DNA from: Eledone cirrhosa
Lineage: Eukaryota
Assembly (NCBI GenBank): GCA_964016885.1
Contig: OZ024741.1
Span: 353,462,001 to 353,526,000, forward strand
Direction: 5' to 3'
DNA: 64,000 nucleotides
Each line of letters begins with the position of its first letter. The stretch's first letter is position 1. Both the position numbers and the translations under genes were made by a program. The notes beneath the pieces are model-generated. The model was given only the letters and a program-made list of their open reading frames with translations. It ran no database searches and had not been told where the DNA came from. Positions 1 through 14,626 of the stretch are shown here, one piece after another.

Positions 1-3000
1 TACTGTGTATAGTATTTACTGTGTATAGTGCATACTGTGTATAGTGCATACTGTGTATAGTGCATAATGTGTATAGTGCATACTGTGTATAGTGCATACT
101 GTGTATAGTGCATACTGTGTATAGTATTTACTGTGTATAGTGCATACTGTGTATAGTATTTACTGTGTATAGTGCATACTGTGTATAGTGCATAATGTGT
201 ATAGTGCATAATGTGTATAGTGCATACTGTGTATAGTGCATACTGTGTATAGTGCATACTGTGTATAGTGCATAATGTGTATAGTGCATACTGTGTATAG
301 TGCATACTGTGTATAGTGCATACTGTGTATAGTGCATACTGTGTATAGTATTTACTGTGTATAGTGCATACTGTGTATAGTATTTACTGTGTATAGTGCA
401 TACTGTGTATAGTATTTACTGTGTATAGTATTTACTGTGTATAGTGTATAGTGCATATTGTGTATAGTGCATAATGTGTATAGTGCATACTGTGTATAGT
501 GCATACTGTGTATAGTGCATACTGTGTATAGTGCATACTGTGTATAGTGCATACTGTGTATAGTATTTACGGTGTATAGTGCATAATGTGTATAGTGCAT
601 ACTGTGTATAGTGCATACTGTGTATAGTGCATACTGTGTATAGTGCATACTGTGTATAGTGCATACTGTGTATAGTATTTACTGTGTATAGTGCATACTG
701 TGTATAGTATTTACTGTGTATAGTGCATACTGTGTATAGTATTTACTGTGTATAGTGCATACTGTGTATAGTATTTACTGTGTATAGTGCATACCGTGTA
801 TAGTATTTACTGTGTATAGTGCATAGTGTGTATAGTATTTACTGTGTATAGTGCATACTGTGTATAGTGCATAATGTGTATAGTGCATACTGTGTATAGT
901 GCATACTGTGTATACTGCATACTGTGTATAGTGCATACTGTGTATAGTAATTACTGTGTATAGTGCATACTGTGTATAGTGCATACTGTGTATAGTGCAT
1001 ACTGTGTATAGTGCATAATGTGTATAGTGCATACTGTGTATAGTGCATACTGTGTATAGTGCATACTGTGTATAGTATTTACTGTGTATAGTGCATACTG
1101 TGTATAGTACATACTGTGTATAGAGCATGCTGTGTATAGTATTTACTGTGTATAGTGCATACTGTGTATAGTATTTACTGTGTATAGTGCATACTGTGTA
1201 TAGTATTTACTGCGTATAGTGCATACTGTGTATAGTATTTGCTGTGTATAGTGCATACTGTGTATAGTATTTACTGTGTATAGTGCATACTGTGTATAGT
1301 ATTTACTGTGTATAGTGCATACTGTGTATAGTATTTACTGTGTATAGTGCATACTGTGTATAGTATTTACTGTGTATAGTGCATACTGTGTATAGTGCAT
1401 ACTGTGTATAGTGCATACTGTGTATAGTGCATACTGTGTATAGTATTTACTGTGTATAGTGCATACTGTGTATAGTATTTACTGTGTATAGTGCATACTG
1501 TGTATAGTATTTACTGTGTATAGTGCATACTGTGTATAGTATTTACTGTGTATAGTGCATACTGTGTATAGTGTATACTGTGTATAGTGCATAATGTGTA
1601 TAGTGCATACTGTGTATAGTGCATACTGTGTATAGTGCATACTGTGTATAGTGCATACTGTGTATAGTATTTACTGTGTATAGTGCATACTGTGTATAGT
1701 ATTTACTGTGTATAGTGCATACTGTGTATAGTATTTACTGTGTATAGTGCATACTGTGTATAGTGCATACTGTGTATAGTGCATACTGTGTATAGTATTT
1801 ACTGTGTATAGTGCATACTGTGTATAGTATTTACTGTGTATAGTGCATACTGTGTATAGTATTTACTGTGTATAGTGCATACTGTGTATAGTGCATACTG
1901 TGTATAGTGCATACTGTGTATAGTATTTACTGTGTATAGTGCATACTGTGTATAGTATTTACTGTGTATAGTGCATACTGTGTATAGTATTTACTGTGTA
2001 TAGTGCATACTGTGTATAGTATTTACTGTGTATAGTGCATACTGTTTATAGTGCATACTGTGTATAGTGCATACTGTGTATAGTATTTACTGTGTATAGT
2101 GCATACTATGTATAGTGCATACTGTGTATAGTATTTACTGTGTATAGTGCATACTGTGTATAGTATTTACTGTGTATAGTGCATACTGTGTATAGTATTT
2201 ACGGTGTATAGTGCATACTGTGTATAGTATTTACTGTGTATAGTGCATACTGTGTATAGTATTTACTGTGTATAGTGCATACTGTGTATAGTATTTACTG
2301 TGTATAGTGCATACTGTGTATAGTATTTACTGTGTATAGTGCATACTGTGTATAGTGCATACTGTGTATAGTATTTACTGTGTATAGTGCATACTGTGTA
2401 TAGTATTTACTGTGTATAGTGCATACTGTGTATAGTATTTTCTGTGTATAGTGCATACTGTGTATAGTATTTACTGTGTATAGTGCATACTGTGTATAGT
2501 GCATACTGTGTATAGTGCATACTGTGTATAGTGCATACTGTGTATAGTATTTACTGTGTATAGTGCATACTGTGTATAGTGCATACTGTGTATAGTGCAT
2601 ACTGTGTATAGTGCATACTGTGTATAGTATTTACTGTGTATAGTGCATACTGTGTATAGTATTTACTGTGTATAGTGCATACTGTGTATAGTGCATACTG
2701 TGTATAGTGCATACTGTGTATAGTATTTACTGTGTATAGTGCATACTGTGTATAGTGCATACTGTGTATAGTGCATACTATGTATAGTATTTACTGTGTA
2801 TAGTGCATACTGTGTATAGTATTTACTGTGTATAGTGCATACTGTGTATAGTGCATACTGTGTATAGTGCATACTGTGTATAGTATTTACTGTGTATAGT
2901 GCATACAGTGTATAGTGCATAATGTGTATAGTGCATACTGTGTATAGTATTTACTGTGTATAGTGCATACTGTGTATAGTGCATACTGTGTATAGTGCAT

Positions 3001-6000
3001 AATGTGTATAGTGCATACTGTGTATAGTGCATACTGTGTATAGTGCATAATGTGTATAGTGCATACTGTGTATAGTGCATAATGTGTATAGTGCATACTG
3101 TGTATAGTGCATACTGTGTATAGTGCATACTGTGTATAGTGCATAATGTGTATAGTGCATACTGTGTATAGTGCATACTGTGTATCGTATTTACTGTGTA
3201 TAGTGCATACTGTGTATAGTGCATAATGTGTATAGTGCATACTGTGTATAGTGCATAATGTGTATAGTGCATACTGTGTATAATGCATACTGTGTATCGT
3301 ATTTACTGTGTATAGTGCATACTGTGTATAGTATTTACTGTGTATAGTGCATACTGTGTATAGTATTTACTGTGTATAGTATTTACTGTGTGTAGTGCAT
3401 ACTGTGTATAGTGCATACTGTGTATAGTGCATACTGTGTATAGTGCATAATGTGTATAGTGCATACTGTGTATAGTATTTACTGTGTATAGTGCATACTG
3501 TGTATAGTATTTACTGTGTATAGTATTTACTATGTATAGTGCATACTGTGTATAGTGCATACTGTGTATAGTGCATACTGTGTATAGTGCATACTGTGTA
3601 TAGTGCATACTGTGTATAGTGCATACTGTGTATAGTATTTACTGTGTATAGTGCATACTGTGTATAGTATTTACTGTGTATAGTGCATACTGTGTATAGT
3701 GCATACTGTGTATAGTGCATACTGTGTATAGTGCATACTGTGTATAGTATTTACTGTGTATAGTGCATACTGTGTATAATATTTACTGTGTATAGTATTT
3801 ACTGTGTATAGTGCATACTGTGTAAAGTGCATACTGTGTATAGTGCAGAATGTGTTATAGTGCATACTGTGTATAGTGCATACTGTGTATAGTGCATACT
3901 GTGTATAGTATTTACTGTGTATAGTGCATACTGTGTATAGTATTTACTGTGTATAGTGCATACTGTGTATAGTATTTACTGTGTATAGTGCATACTGTGT
4001 ATAGTGCATACTGTGTATAGTGCATACTGTGTATAGTATTTACTGTGTATAGTGCATACTGTGTATAGTGCATACGGTGTATAGTGCATACTGTGTATAG
4101 TGCATACTGGGTATAGTGCATACGGTGTATAGTGCATACGGTGTATAGTGCATACTGTGTATAGTGCATACTGTGTATAGTGCATAATGTGTATAGTGAA
4201 TACTGTGTATAGTGCATACTGTGTATAGTGCATACTGTGTATAGTATTTACTGTGTATAGTGCATACTGTGTATAGTATTTACTGTGTATAGTGCATACT
4301 GTGTATAGTATTTACTGTGTATAGTGCATACTGTGTATAGTGCATACTGTGTATAGTGCATACTGTGTATAGTATTTACTGTGTATAGTGCATACTGTGT
4401 ATAGTATTTACTGTGTATAGTGCATACTGTGTATAGTGCATACTGTGTATAGTGCATAATGTGTATAGTGCATACTGTGTATAGTGCATACTGTGTATAG
4501 TGCATACTGTGTATAGTATTTACTGTGTATAGTGCATACTGTGTATAGTATTTACTGTGTATAGTGCATACTGTGTATAGTGCATAATGTGTATAGTGCA
4601 TAATGTGTATAGTGCATACTGTGTATAGTGCATACTGTGTATAGTGCATACTGTGTATAGTGCATAATGTGTATAGTGCATACTGTGTATAGTGCATACT
4701 GTGTATAGTGCATACTGTGTATAGTGCATACTGTGTATAGTATTTACTGTGTATAGTGCATACTGTGTATAGTATTTACTGTGTATAGTGCATACTGTGT
4801 ATAGTATTTACTGTGTATAGTATTTACTGTGTATAGTGTATAGTGCATATTGTGTATAGTGCATAATGTGTATAGTGCATACTGTGTATAGTGCATACTG
4901 TGTATAGTGCATACTGTGTATAGTGCATACTGTGTATAGTATTTACTGTGTATAGTATTTACTGTGTATAGTGCATACTGTGTATAGTATTTACTGTGTA
5001 TACTGCATACTGTGTATAGTATTTACTGTGTATAGTGCATACTGTGTATAGTATTTACTGTGTATAGTGCATACTGTGTATAGTATTTACTGTGTATAGT
5101 GCATACTGTGTATAGTGCATACTGTGTATAGTGCATAATGTGTATAGTGCATACTGTGTATAGTGCATACTGTGTATAGTATTTACGGTGTATAGTGCAT
5201 AATGTGTATAGTGCATACTGTGTATAGTGCATACTGTGTATAGTGCATACTGTGTATAGTGCATACTGTGTATAGTATTTACTGTGTATAGTGCATACTG
5301 TGTATAGTATTTACTGTGTATAGTGCATACTGTGTATAGTATTTACTGTGTATAGTGCATACTGTGTATAGTATTTACTGTGTATAGTGCATACCGTGTA
5401 TAGTATTTACTGTGTATAGTGCATACTGTGTATAGTGCATACGGTGTATAGTGCATACTGTGTATAGTGCATACTGGGTATAGTGCATACGGTGTATAGT
5501 GCATACGGTGTATAGTGCATACTGTGTATAGTGCATACTGTGTATAGTGCATAATGTGTATAGTGAATACTGTGTATAGTGCATACTGTGTATAGTGCAT
5601 ACTGTGTATAGTATTTACTGTGTATAGTGCATACTGTGTATAGTATTTACTGTGTATAGTGCATACTGTGTATAGTATTTACTGTGTATAGTGCATACTG
5701 TGTATAGTGCATACTGTGTATAGTGCATACTGTGTATAGTATTTACTGTGTATAGTGCATACTGTGTATAGTATTTACTGTGTATAGTGCATACTGTGTA
5801 TAGTGCATACTGTGTATAGTGCATAATGTGTATAGTGCATACTGTGTATAGTGCATACTGTGTATAGTGCATACTGTGTATAGTATTTACTGTGTATAGT
5901 GCATACTGTGTATAGTATTTACTGTGTATAGTGCATACTGTGTATAGTGCATAATGTGTATAGTGCATAATGTGTATAGTGCATACTGTGTATAGTGCAT

Positions 6001-9000
6001 ACTGTGTATAGTGCATACTGTGTATAGTGCATAATGTGTATAGTGCATACTGTGTATAGTGCATACTGTGTATAGTGCATACTGTGTATAGTGCATACTG
6101 TGTATAGTATTTACTGTGTATAGTGCATACTGTGTATAGTATTTACTGTGTATAGTGCATACTGTGTATAGTATTTACTGTGTATAGTATTTACTGTGTA
6201 TAGTGTATAGTGCATATTGTGTATAGTGCATAATGTGTATAGTGCATACTGTGTATAGTGCATACTGTGTATAGTGCATACTGTGTATAGTGCATACTGT
6301 GTATAGTATTTACTGTGTATAGTATTTACTGTGTATAGTGCATACTGTGTATAGTATTTACTGTGTATACTGCATACTGTGTATAGTATTTACTGTGTAT
6401 AGTGCATACTGTGTATAGTATTTACTGTGTATAGTGCATACTGTGTATAGTATTTACTGTGTATAGTGCATACTGTGTATAGTGCATACTGTGTATAGTG
6501 CATACTGTGTATTATGCATACTGTGTATAGTGCATACTGTGTATAGTGCATACTGTGTATAGTGCATACTGTGTATAGTATTTACGGTGTATAGTGCATA
6601 ATGTGTATAGTGCATACTGTGTATAGTGCATACTGTGTATAGTGCATACTGTGTATAGTGCATACTGTGTATACTGCATACTGTGTATAGTATTTACTGT
6701 GTATAGTGCATACCGTGTATAGTATTTACTGTGTATAGTGCATAGTGTGTATAGTATTTACTGTGTATAGTGCATACTGTGTATAGTGCATAATGTGTAT
6801 AGTGCATACTGTGTATAGTGCATACTGTGTATAGTGCATACTGTGTATAGTGCATACTGTGTATAGTAATTACTGTGTATAGTGCATACTGTGTATAGTG
6901 CATACTGTGTATAGTGCATACTGTGTATAGTGCATAATGTGTATAGTGCATACTGTGTATAGTGCATACTGTGTATAGTGCATACTGTGTATAGTATTTA
7001 CTGTGTATAGTGCATACTGTGTATAGTACATACTGTGTATAGAGCATACTGTGTATAGTATTTACTGTGTATAGTGCATACTGTGTATAGTATTTACTGT
7101 GTATAGTGCATACTGTGTATAGTATTTACTGCGTATAGTGCATACTGTGTATAGTATTTGCTGTGTATAGTGTATACTGTGTATAGTATTTACTGTGTAT
7201 AGTGCATACTGTGTATAGTATTTACTGTGTATAGTGCATACTGTGTATAGTATTTACTGTGTATAGTGCATACTGTGTATAGTATTTACTGTGTATAGTG
7301 CATACTGTGTATAGTGCATACTGTGTATAGTGCATACTGTGTATAGTGCATACTGTGTATAGTATTTACTGTGTATAGTGCATACTGTGTATAGTATTTA
7401 CTGTGTATAGTGCATACTGTGTATAGTATTTACTGTGTATAGTGCATACTGTGTATAGTATTTACTGTGTATAGTGCATACTGTGTATAGTGTATACTGT
7501 GTATAGTGCATAATGTGTATAGTGCATACTGTGTATAGTGCATACTGTGTATAGTGCATACTGTGTATAGTGCATACTGTGTATAGTATTTACTGTGTAT
7601 AGTGCATACTGTGTATAGTATTTACTGTGTATAGTGCATACTGTGTATAGTATTTACTGTGTATAGTGCATACTGTGTATAGTGCATACTGTGTATAGTG
7701 CATACTGTGTATAGTATTTACTGTGTATAGTGCATACTGTGTATAGTATTTACTGTGTATAGTGCATACTGTGTATAGTATTTACTGTGTATAGTGCATA
7801 CTGTGTATAGTGCATACTGTGTATAGTGCATACTGTGTATAGTATTTACTGTGTATAGTGCATACTGTGTATAGTATTTACTGTGTATAGTGCATACTGT
7901 GTATAGTATTTACTGTGTATAGTGCATACTGTTTATAGTGCATACTGTGTATAGTGCATACTGTGTATAGTATTTACTGTGTATAGTGCATACTATGTAT
8001 AGTGCATACTGTGTATAGTATTTACTGTGTATAGTGCATACTGTGTATAGTATTTACTGTGTATAGTGCATACTGTGTATAGTATTTACGGTGTATAGTG
8101 CATACTGTGTATAGTATTTACTGTGTATAGTGCATACTGTGTATAGTATTTACTGTGTATAGTGCATACTGTGTATAGTATTTACTGTGTATAGTGCATA
8201 CTGTGTATAGTATTTACTGTGTATAGTGCATACTGTGTATAGTGCATACTGTGTATAGTATTTACTGTGTATAGTGCATACTGTGTATAGTATTTACTGT
8301 GTATAGTGCATACTGTGTATAGTATTTACTGTGTATAGTGCATACTGTGTATAGTATTTACTGTGTATAGTGCATACTGTGTATAGTATTTACTGTGTAT
8401 AGTGCATACTGTGTATAGTGCATACTGTGTATAGTGCATACTGTGTATAGTATTTACTGTGTATAGTGCATACTGTGTATAGTATTTACTGTGTATAGTG
8501 CATACTGTGTATAGTATTTACTGTGTATAGTGCATACTGTGTATAGTATTTACTGTGTATAGTGCATACTGTGTATAGTATTTACTGTGTATAGTGCATA
8601 CTGTGTATAGTGCATACTGTGTATAGTGCATACTGTGTATAGTATTTACTGTGTATAGTGCATACTGTGTATAGTGCATACTGTGTATAGTGCATAATGT
8701 GTATAGTGCATACTGTGTATAGTGCATACTGTGTATAGTGCATACTGTGTATAGTATTTACTGTGTATAGTGCATACTGTGTATAGTATTTACTGTGTAT
8801 AGTGCATACTGTGTATAGTGCATACTGTGTATAGTATTTACTGTGTATAGTGCATACTGTGTATAGTATTTACTGTGTATAGTGCATACTGTGTATAGTA
8901 TTTACTGTGTATAGTGCATACTGTGTATAGTATTTACTGTGTATAGTGCATACTGTGTATAGTATTTACTGTGTATAGTGCATACTGTGTATAGTGCATA

Positions 9001-9750
9001 CTGTGTATAGTGCATACTGTGTATAGTATTTACTGTGTATAGTGCATACTGTGTATAGTATTTACTGTGTATAGTGCATACTGTGTATAGTATTTACTGT
9101 GTATAGTGCATACTGTGTATAGTGCATACTGTGTATAGTGCATAATGTGTATAGTGCATACTGTGTATAGTGCATACTATGTATAGTGCATACTGTGTAT
9201 AGTATTTACTGTGTATAGTGCATACTTTGTATAGTGCATACTGTGTATAGTATTTACTGTGTATAGTGCATACTGTGTATAGTATTTACTGTGTATAGTG
9301 CATACTGTGTATAGTATTTACTGTGTATAGTGCATACTGTGTATAGTATTTACTGTGTATAGTGCATACTGTGTATAGTGCATACTGTGTATAGTGCATA
9401 CTGTGTATAGTATTTACTGTGTATAATGCATACTGTGTATAGTATTTACTGTGTATAGTGCATACTGTGTATAGTATTTACTGTGTATAGTGCATACTGT
9501 GTATAGTGCATACTGTGTATAGTATTTACTGTGTATAGTGCATACTGTGTATAGTATTTACTGTGTATAGTGCATACTGTGTATAGTGCATACTGTGTAT
9601 AGTGCATAATGTGTATAGTGCATACTGTGTATAGTGCATACTATGTATAGTGCATACTGTGTATAGTATTTACTGTGTATAGTGCATACTGTGTATAGTG
9701 CATACTGTGTATAGTATTTACTGTGTATAGTGCATACTGTGTATAGTATT
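1..9750. repeat. 16-bp tandem satellite (TACTGTGTATAGTGCA; variants TACTGTGTATAGTATT, TAATGTGTATAGTGCA)
   Basis: Uninterrupted 16-bp periodicity from the window start to 9750; all ORFs here are repeat translations. Confidence 0.98.
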
Positions 9751-9845
9751 CCACCATCATCACAAGTTGTCAGAATTGCTCGAAACAAAATTTGAACTAT
9801 AATTTCACGAGTTCAGTTTAGTATGTTTATTCAGTTATCGATCTA

Positions 9846-10045
9846 NNNNNNNNNNNNNNNNNNNNNNNNNNNNNNNNNNNNNNNNNNNNNNNNNNNNNNN
9901 NNNNNNNNNNNNNNNNNNNNNNNNNNNNNNNNNNNNNNNNNNNNNNNNNNNNNNNNNNNNNNNNNNNNNNNNNNNNNNNNNNNNNNNNNNNNNNNNNNNN
10001 NNNNNNNNNNNNNNNNNNNNNNNNNNNNNNNNNNNNNNNNNNNNN
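9846..10045. other. Assembly gap (200 N)
   Basis: Run of N. Confidence 1.
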
Positions 10046-10358
10046 TGAGTCCCCAGTGTCCGCGCATTGCCTGGAGACTTAGCTGAGAATAGACTCCCTG
10101 ATGACGCAATGAATTCTCGATAGTTTGATTACGTAACTGACTTTATCCCATTGCAGAAACTAATTAGTTGGAGTGAAAATTTTAGTAAGTAAGTTAAATT
10201 TTAAAAATTTTTTTAAATTTTCTTATTTTACGTCTTTTATATTATTGTTCTGCATCCTCCTGCATTGAACCACCTAGGTACTATGACATAACCTGTGTAT
10301 TTGCTGGCATTAGCGTACATCCGTACGCATATGTTAGTAGATATACTAAATTCTCTCT
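10046..10358 (+). mobile_element. Partial copy of the ~523-nt HHR-bearing non-coding element family (retrozyme-like)
   Basis: Homologous to 39160-39450 and to the reverse complement of 59614-60125; ends in a (TA)n tract; truncated by the gap. Confidence 0.8.
10093..10174 (+). ncRNA. Type I hammerhead ribozyme motif
   Basis: actcc-CTGATGA-c gcaatg...cattgc a-GAAA-ctaattag-TT-ggagt; stem I actcc/ggagt, palindromic stem III. Confidence 0.75.
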
Positions 10359-10366
10359 ATATATAT

Positions 10367-10425
<59 letters not shown>

Positions 10426-10642
10426 CAGTATTTACGTATCGAGAAAGAGAAAAAAGGGGAGGATAGGTGATACATATAGTTATTTGCCAACTAGCGTATG
10501 CCAAAGGTGCTCGATACTAGTGCCGGCAGTATTAAATATTCGAAGTGTTAATATTTAGTGGGCTAGAGAGTTAGCAGAGCGCAAGCACGTGGGAAAGTAA
10601 AAAATCGGAGAATAGACCGTTAAAACATGTTTATTTAAAACA

Positions 10643-10682
10643 GCACCTACGTACGTTTCGCCCAGTTGGGCTTCTCAAGGGC
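10643..10682 (-). ncRNA. Minimal hammerhead motif, U3-A8 core variant (left arm)
   Basis: Reverse complement of 11008-11047. Confidence 0.65.
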
Positions 10683-11007
10683 ATAAATAATCACAAGTGT
10701 TCCTTATATTGCTCGGAAAGAGTTTTTGGGGTTAAATCCACATCAAGGTTCATTGCTCGCAAAAATATCTTGTTTTGATTTTGCAGCAGGTCAAGGGAGG
10801 TAACTCTGGTCGGTGTTAGGGCAGTCTTTCCCGGACAATTTTTTTTTTTTTTTGTCCGGGAAAGACTGCCCTAACACCGGCCAGAGTTACCTCCCTTGAC
10901 CTGCTGCAAAATCAAAACAAGATATTTTTGCGAGCAATGAACCTTGATGTGGATTTAACCCCAAAAACTCTTTCCGAGCAATATAAGGAACACTTGTGAT
11001 TATTTAT

Positions 11008-11047
11008 GCCCTTGAGAAGCCCAACTGGGCGAAACGTACGTAGGTGC
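11008..11047 (+). ncRNA. Minimal hammerhead motif, U3-A8 core variant
   Basis: gccc-TTGAGAA-gccc aact gggc-GAAA-cgtacg-TA-ggtgc. Confidence 0.65.
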
Positions 11048-11101
11048 TGTTTTAAATAAACATGTTTTAACGGTCTATTCTCCGATTTTTTACTTTCCCA
11101 C

Positions 11102-11136
<35 letters not shown>

Positions 11137-11334
11137 AGCTTGCTTGAAGCATTGTTGAATAGGAAACACAAAATTAAATTTGAAAACCAAAACAATGCTT
11201 TATGAAGAATGTTAAATTGCCAAGATAACAAAAGAATCTTATCTTAGCAAGTTTAAAGATCCCAAATAAAAAAAAAACCCATTATCAAGGAAGTAACCTT
11301 ATGAGAAAGACTTGCTTGTTTGGAGAGCATATAC

Positions 11335-11365
<31 letters not shown>

Positions 11366-13360
11366 TCTAGGGCGGGTAAAATTCCCGAGATCCATGGACG
11401 AGTTCTCTCTAGCGGTCTCTGTCCCTCATTATCGCTGCCATGTCCTGCGTCTCCAACAGACCTGTGTCTGTCCTTAGGGCATCAACATACGTTAACCTTG
11501 GTCTTCCTCTTCGAAGGGTGTCCATGTAGGGGCTCCCATGGGAGCACTGAGTGCAATGTTAACTCTGGATATCGGTGAGCATGACCAGCTAATTTCAGTC
11601 TCCTCTGTGTCACTTTTGAGCTGACGTTTGGGAGGCTCCCATACAACTCTGAGTTTTTCAACCTCAGTGTATACTGATTAATGTTCAGAGCCATCCTCAG
11701 CATTCTCGTGTAGCACCCATCCACCATCTGAGTGAGTTTCTTGGTCAGTGTCCAAGTCTCAGACACGTACAGCAGCATAGACTCCACTACAGCAATGAAG
11801 AGGCGGATTTTCAGGTCTCTACGAAGGTCCGACTTCCACACCGATCTCAAGCTGTGGCACGCCGCCCAGGCTTTGCTCTTCCTCTCAACGACATCATCTT
11901 CCGTATTCCCAATCTTTGCTCCCTAATACAGGAACCCTCAACCAATTCTAGCGCTTCCCGCCTACATTAGTGATCCCCTCTGGCTTCTCAACATTCTCTA
12001 CCAGATATTTTGTTTTAGTCTCATTCATTCTCAGCCACACACTCATTGACACAGTCTCAACCTCCTGCATCAAATCCTCTGCCTCCTTCGCTTGTTATGA
12101 GTGAGGTCCGGATGAGCTTAAGAAAGAGCAAGGCTAAGCCCCGGGGAACAATCTATGACTGGGGAGCTTTCAAGGAAGATAAGCTACAGGAGAGGTTCAC
12201 AGTGGAAGTGAGAAACAGGTTAAGTGTGGAGAGACAGAGGAGAGAGAGATTAGATGGACTGAGGAGAATGTGACGCGGAGGTACGGGCACTTCACCAATG
12301 CAGTGGCGGAAGCAAGTGAGACCCTGGTGCTGAGGAGAAAGAACAAAAGGAAGCACGTCAGTTCTGCAGACCCAAAAGTGTGTGCAGCCAGAGAACACCT
12401 GAAAGCTGCCAAGGACCAATTCTATGCTGATCCTACGGAGGAGAGGATGGAGACTGTGGAGGTGATGAGGGAAGAACTCTGTACCGCTTACACTGAGGCC
12501 AGAGAGCAGGCACTGATAGAATGGATCAGAAGTGTGTAGAGAGCGGTTGACAGGTCTGGATGTAAGGAGAGTTGGATGATCATCAACGAGATCACAGGGC
12601 GGAAGAGAAGGTGTTCGAGTCAGATCCAGGGAACAGGGCCCGAGGATAGGAAGAGGAAATGACTAGACCATTTTAGGACCCTACTAGCTAGGAGAACCGC
12701 CCTCCACAGCCCAGAGCACTGGGTAGATCAGGCGGCTGTTTGAAGAACTGGATATTGAGACAGCCCTTCACCAGAGAGGAGCTTCAGAGAGCCAAGAAGA
12801 AAATCAAGGAGGGCAAGGCTCATGGAGAAGATGGAATGGCATCAGATGTGATGAAGAGGTGTGATTTTGATGATATCATCCTCAGGTTCTGTAACCAGGC
12901 ACTGGAGAAGGGAGTTGCCCCGAATCAGTGGAGGATCAGTAACATCGTCCCATTGCCAAAGAAGGGAGATCTCTCTTACACCAACAACTACAGGGGGATC
13001 TCACTGACGTCACTTGTGGCAAAGACCCTCTACAGGATGATTCTTAACAGGATCCAGCCTGAGATGGAGAAGAAGCTCAGGGACAACCAGAACGGCTTCA
13101 GAGAGGGAAGTTCAACCACCAGTCACATCCTGATGATGAAGAGAATGTTAGAGGGAGCTAGAGCAAAGTGCTTTCCTGCGGTAATGGTTTTCATTGACTT
13201 TCGGAAGGCCTTTGAATTTGTGGACCGTCACTGCCTGATGAAAATCTTACAACCTTATGGAATCCCCAAGAAGTTAGTGGACCTGATATCACTACTCTAC
13301 ACCAACACCAAAGCCAAAGTCATTACACATGATGGGATGACAGAGTTCTTTGAGATAATG
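11366..13360. mobile_element. RTE-like LINE fragment with internal inversion (3' part on minus 11366-~12095; upstream RT part on plus ~12100-13360)
   Basis: Plus ORF 12740.. has [33 protein letters not shown]; minus ORF 11482-11850 has ESMLLYVSETWTLTK and RRLKLAGH; stops and frameshifts present. Confidence 0.88.
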
Positions 13361-13384
13361 GGAAAAAAGAGAAAACAGCGAAAA

Positions 13385-13567
<183 letters not shown>

Positions 13568-13604
13568 TCGAAATTAAGGTGTTTTTTCTTAATATCCTAC
13601 ACGG

Positions 13605-13830
13605 GTAGAGAAAAGAAGTTGAAAATGCAATTAGAGTTTTTAAGACGTTTTATTTAAGTTTCATGATTTTCAAAAATTAAGAAAAGATGTGTGTTACAAG
13701 TTGCCATAGCCTCACATTTCTCTATCGTTCTTAACTTTTGAAAATCCTGAAACTTGTGAAACCACTAATATTATAGATTATTGTAAGTAAACCGTCTTAA
13801 AGACTCCAATTGCATTTTCGACTTCCTTTT
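13605..13830. mobile_element. Diverged fold-back element between (TA)n tracts
   Basis: Inverted arms aaaagaagttgaaaatgcaattagag / ctccaattgcattttcgacttcctttt and gattttcaaaaattaagaa / ttcttaacttttgaaaatc. Confidence 0.55.
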
Positions 13831-13930
13831 TATATATATACATATATAAAGACATACACACACGCGCGCGCGCGCACACACACACATATATATAAATATA
13901 TATATGTATATATATATATATATGTATATA

Positions 13931-14255
13931 TAATATAAAACGAAAAATCAGTGATGCATCTGAACTCAATTTAGTGTGTGTTACAATTGTTTCGCCGGCA
14001 CCCAGCTCGAGACGCGATTATTGTGTGGATCTGTCTGATTCTGGACCCGCAGGTTCGACGGACACGTCTAATGATTTCGGAGCATATTCTTCCAGAATCA
14101 GACAGATCCACACAATGATCGCGTCTCGAGCTGTCCGCCGGCGAAACAATTGCAACGCACAATAAATTGAGTTCAGATGCATCATTGATTTTTCGTTTTA
14201 TATTATATCATACTCTGCTCTGTAAGAACATAGAGTATCCAACCGGCATACCGTA
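13931..14255. mobile_element. Fold-back element carrying only the 3' half of a hammerhead (GAAA-caattg-TA)
   Basis: ~115-bp inverted arms, right arm extended ~50 nt, (TA)n flanks. Confidence 0.65.
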
Positions 14256-14287
14256 TATGTATATATGTATATATATATATATGTATG

Positions 14288-14344
<57 letters not shown>

Positions 14345-14511
14345 GTGTATATATATATATATATATATGTATATGTATATATATAATTTGTTATACTTGG
14401 GGAGGGTTATATTTGTGTAATATTGCCAGAATTATATGTATATGTATATGTATATGTATGTATATGTATATATATGTATATGTATATATATGTATATATG
14501 TATATGTATAT

Positions 14512-14556
<45 letters not shown>

Positions 14557-14557
14557 C

Positions 14558-14588
<31 letters not shown>

Positions 14589-14626
14589 CAGTTGAAAATT
14601 GCAAACTCAACTGTCACCACATATTA

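Larger units (their letters stand above)
10426..11103. mobile_element. Fold-back non-autonomous PLE-like element (arms ~10587-10838 / 10853-11103) between (TA)n tracts
   Basis: Near-perfect ~250-bp inverted repeat with poly-T spacer; one arm has a ~160-nt extension; HHR motif in each arm. Confidence 0.75.

Noticed and set aside
1-9750. MHYTQYALYT repeat ORFs, or a CRISPR-like array
   Set aside because: Translations of a 16-bp satellite in all frames; no unique spacers and no cas genes
10587-11103. MITE interpretation of the palindromic elements
   Set aside because: Asymmetric arms, variable fold-back points, no defined TSD or TIR, and HHR content fit PLE-type retro-insertion better
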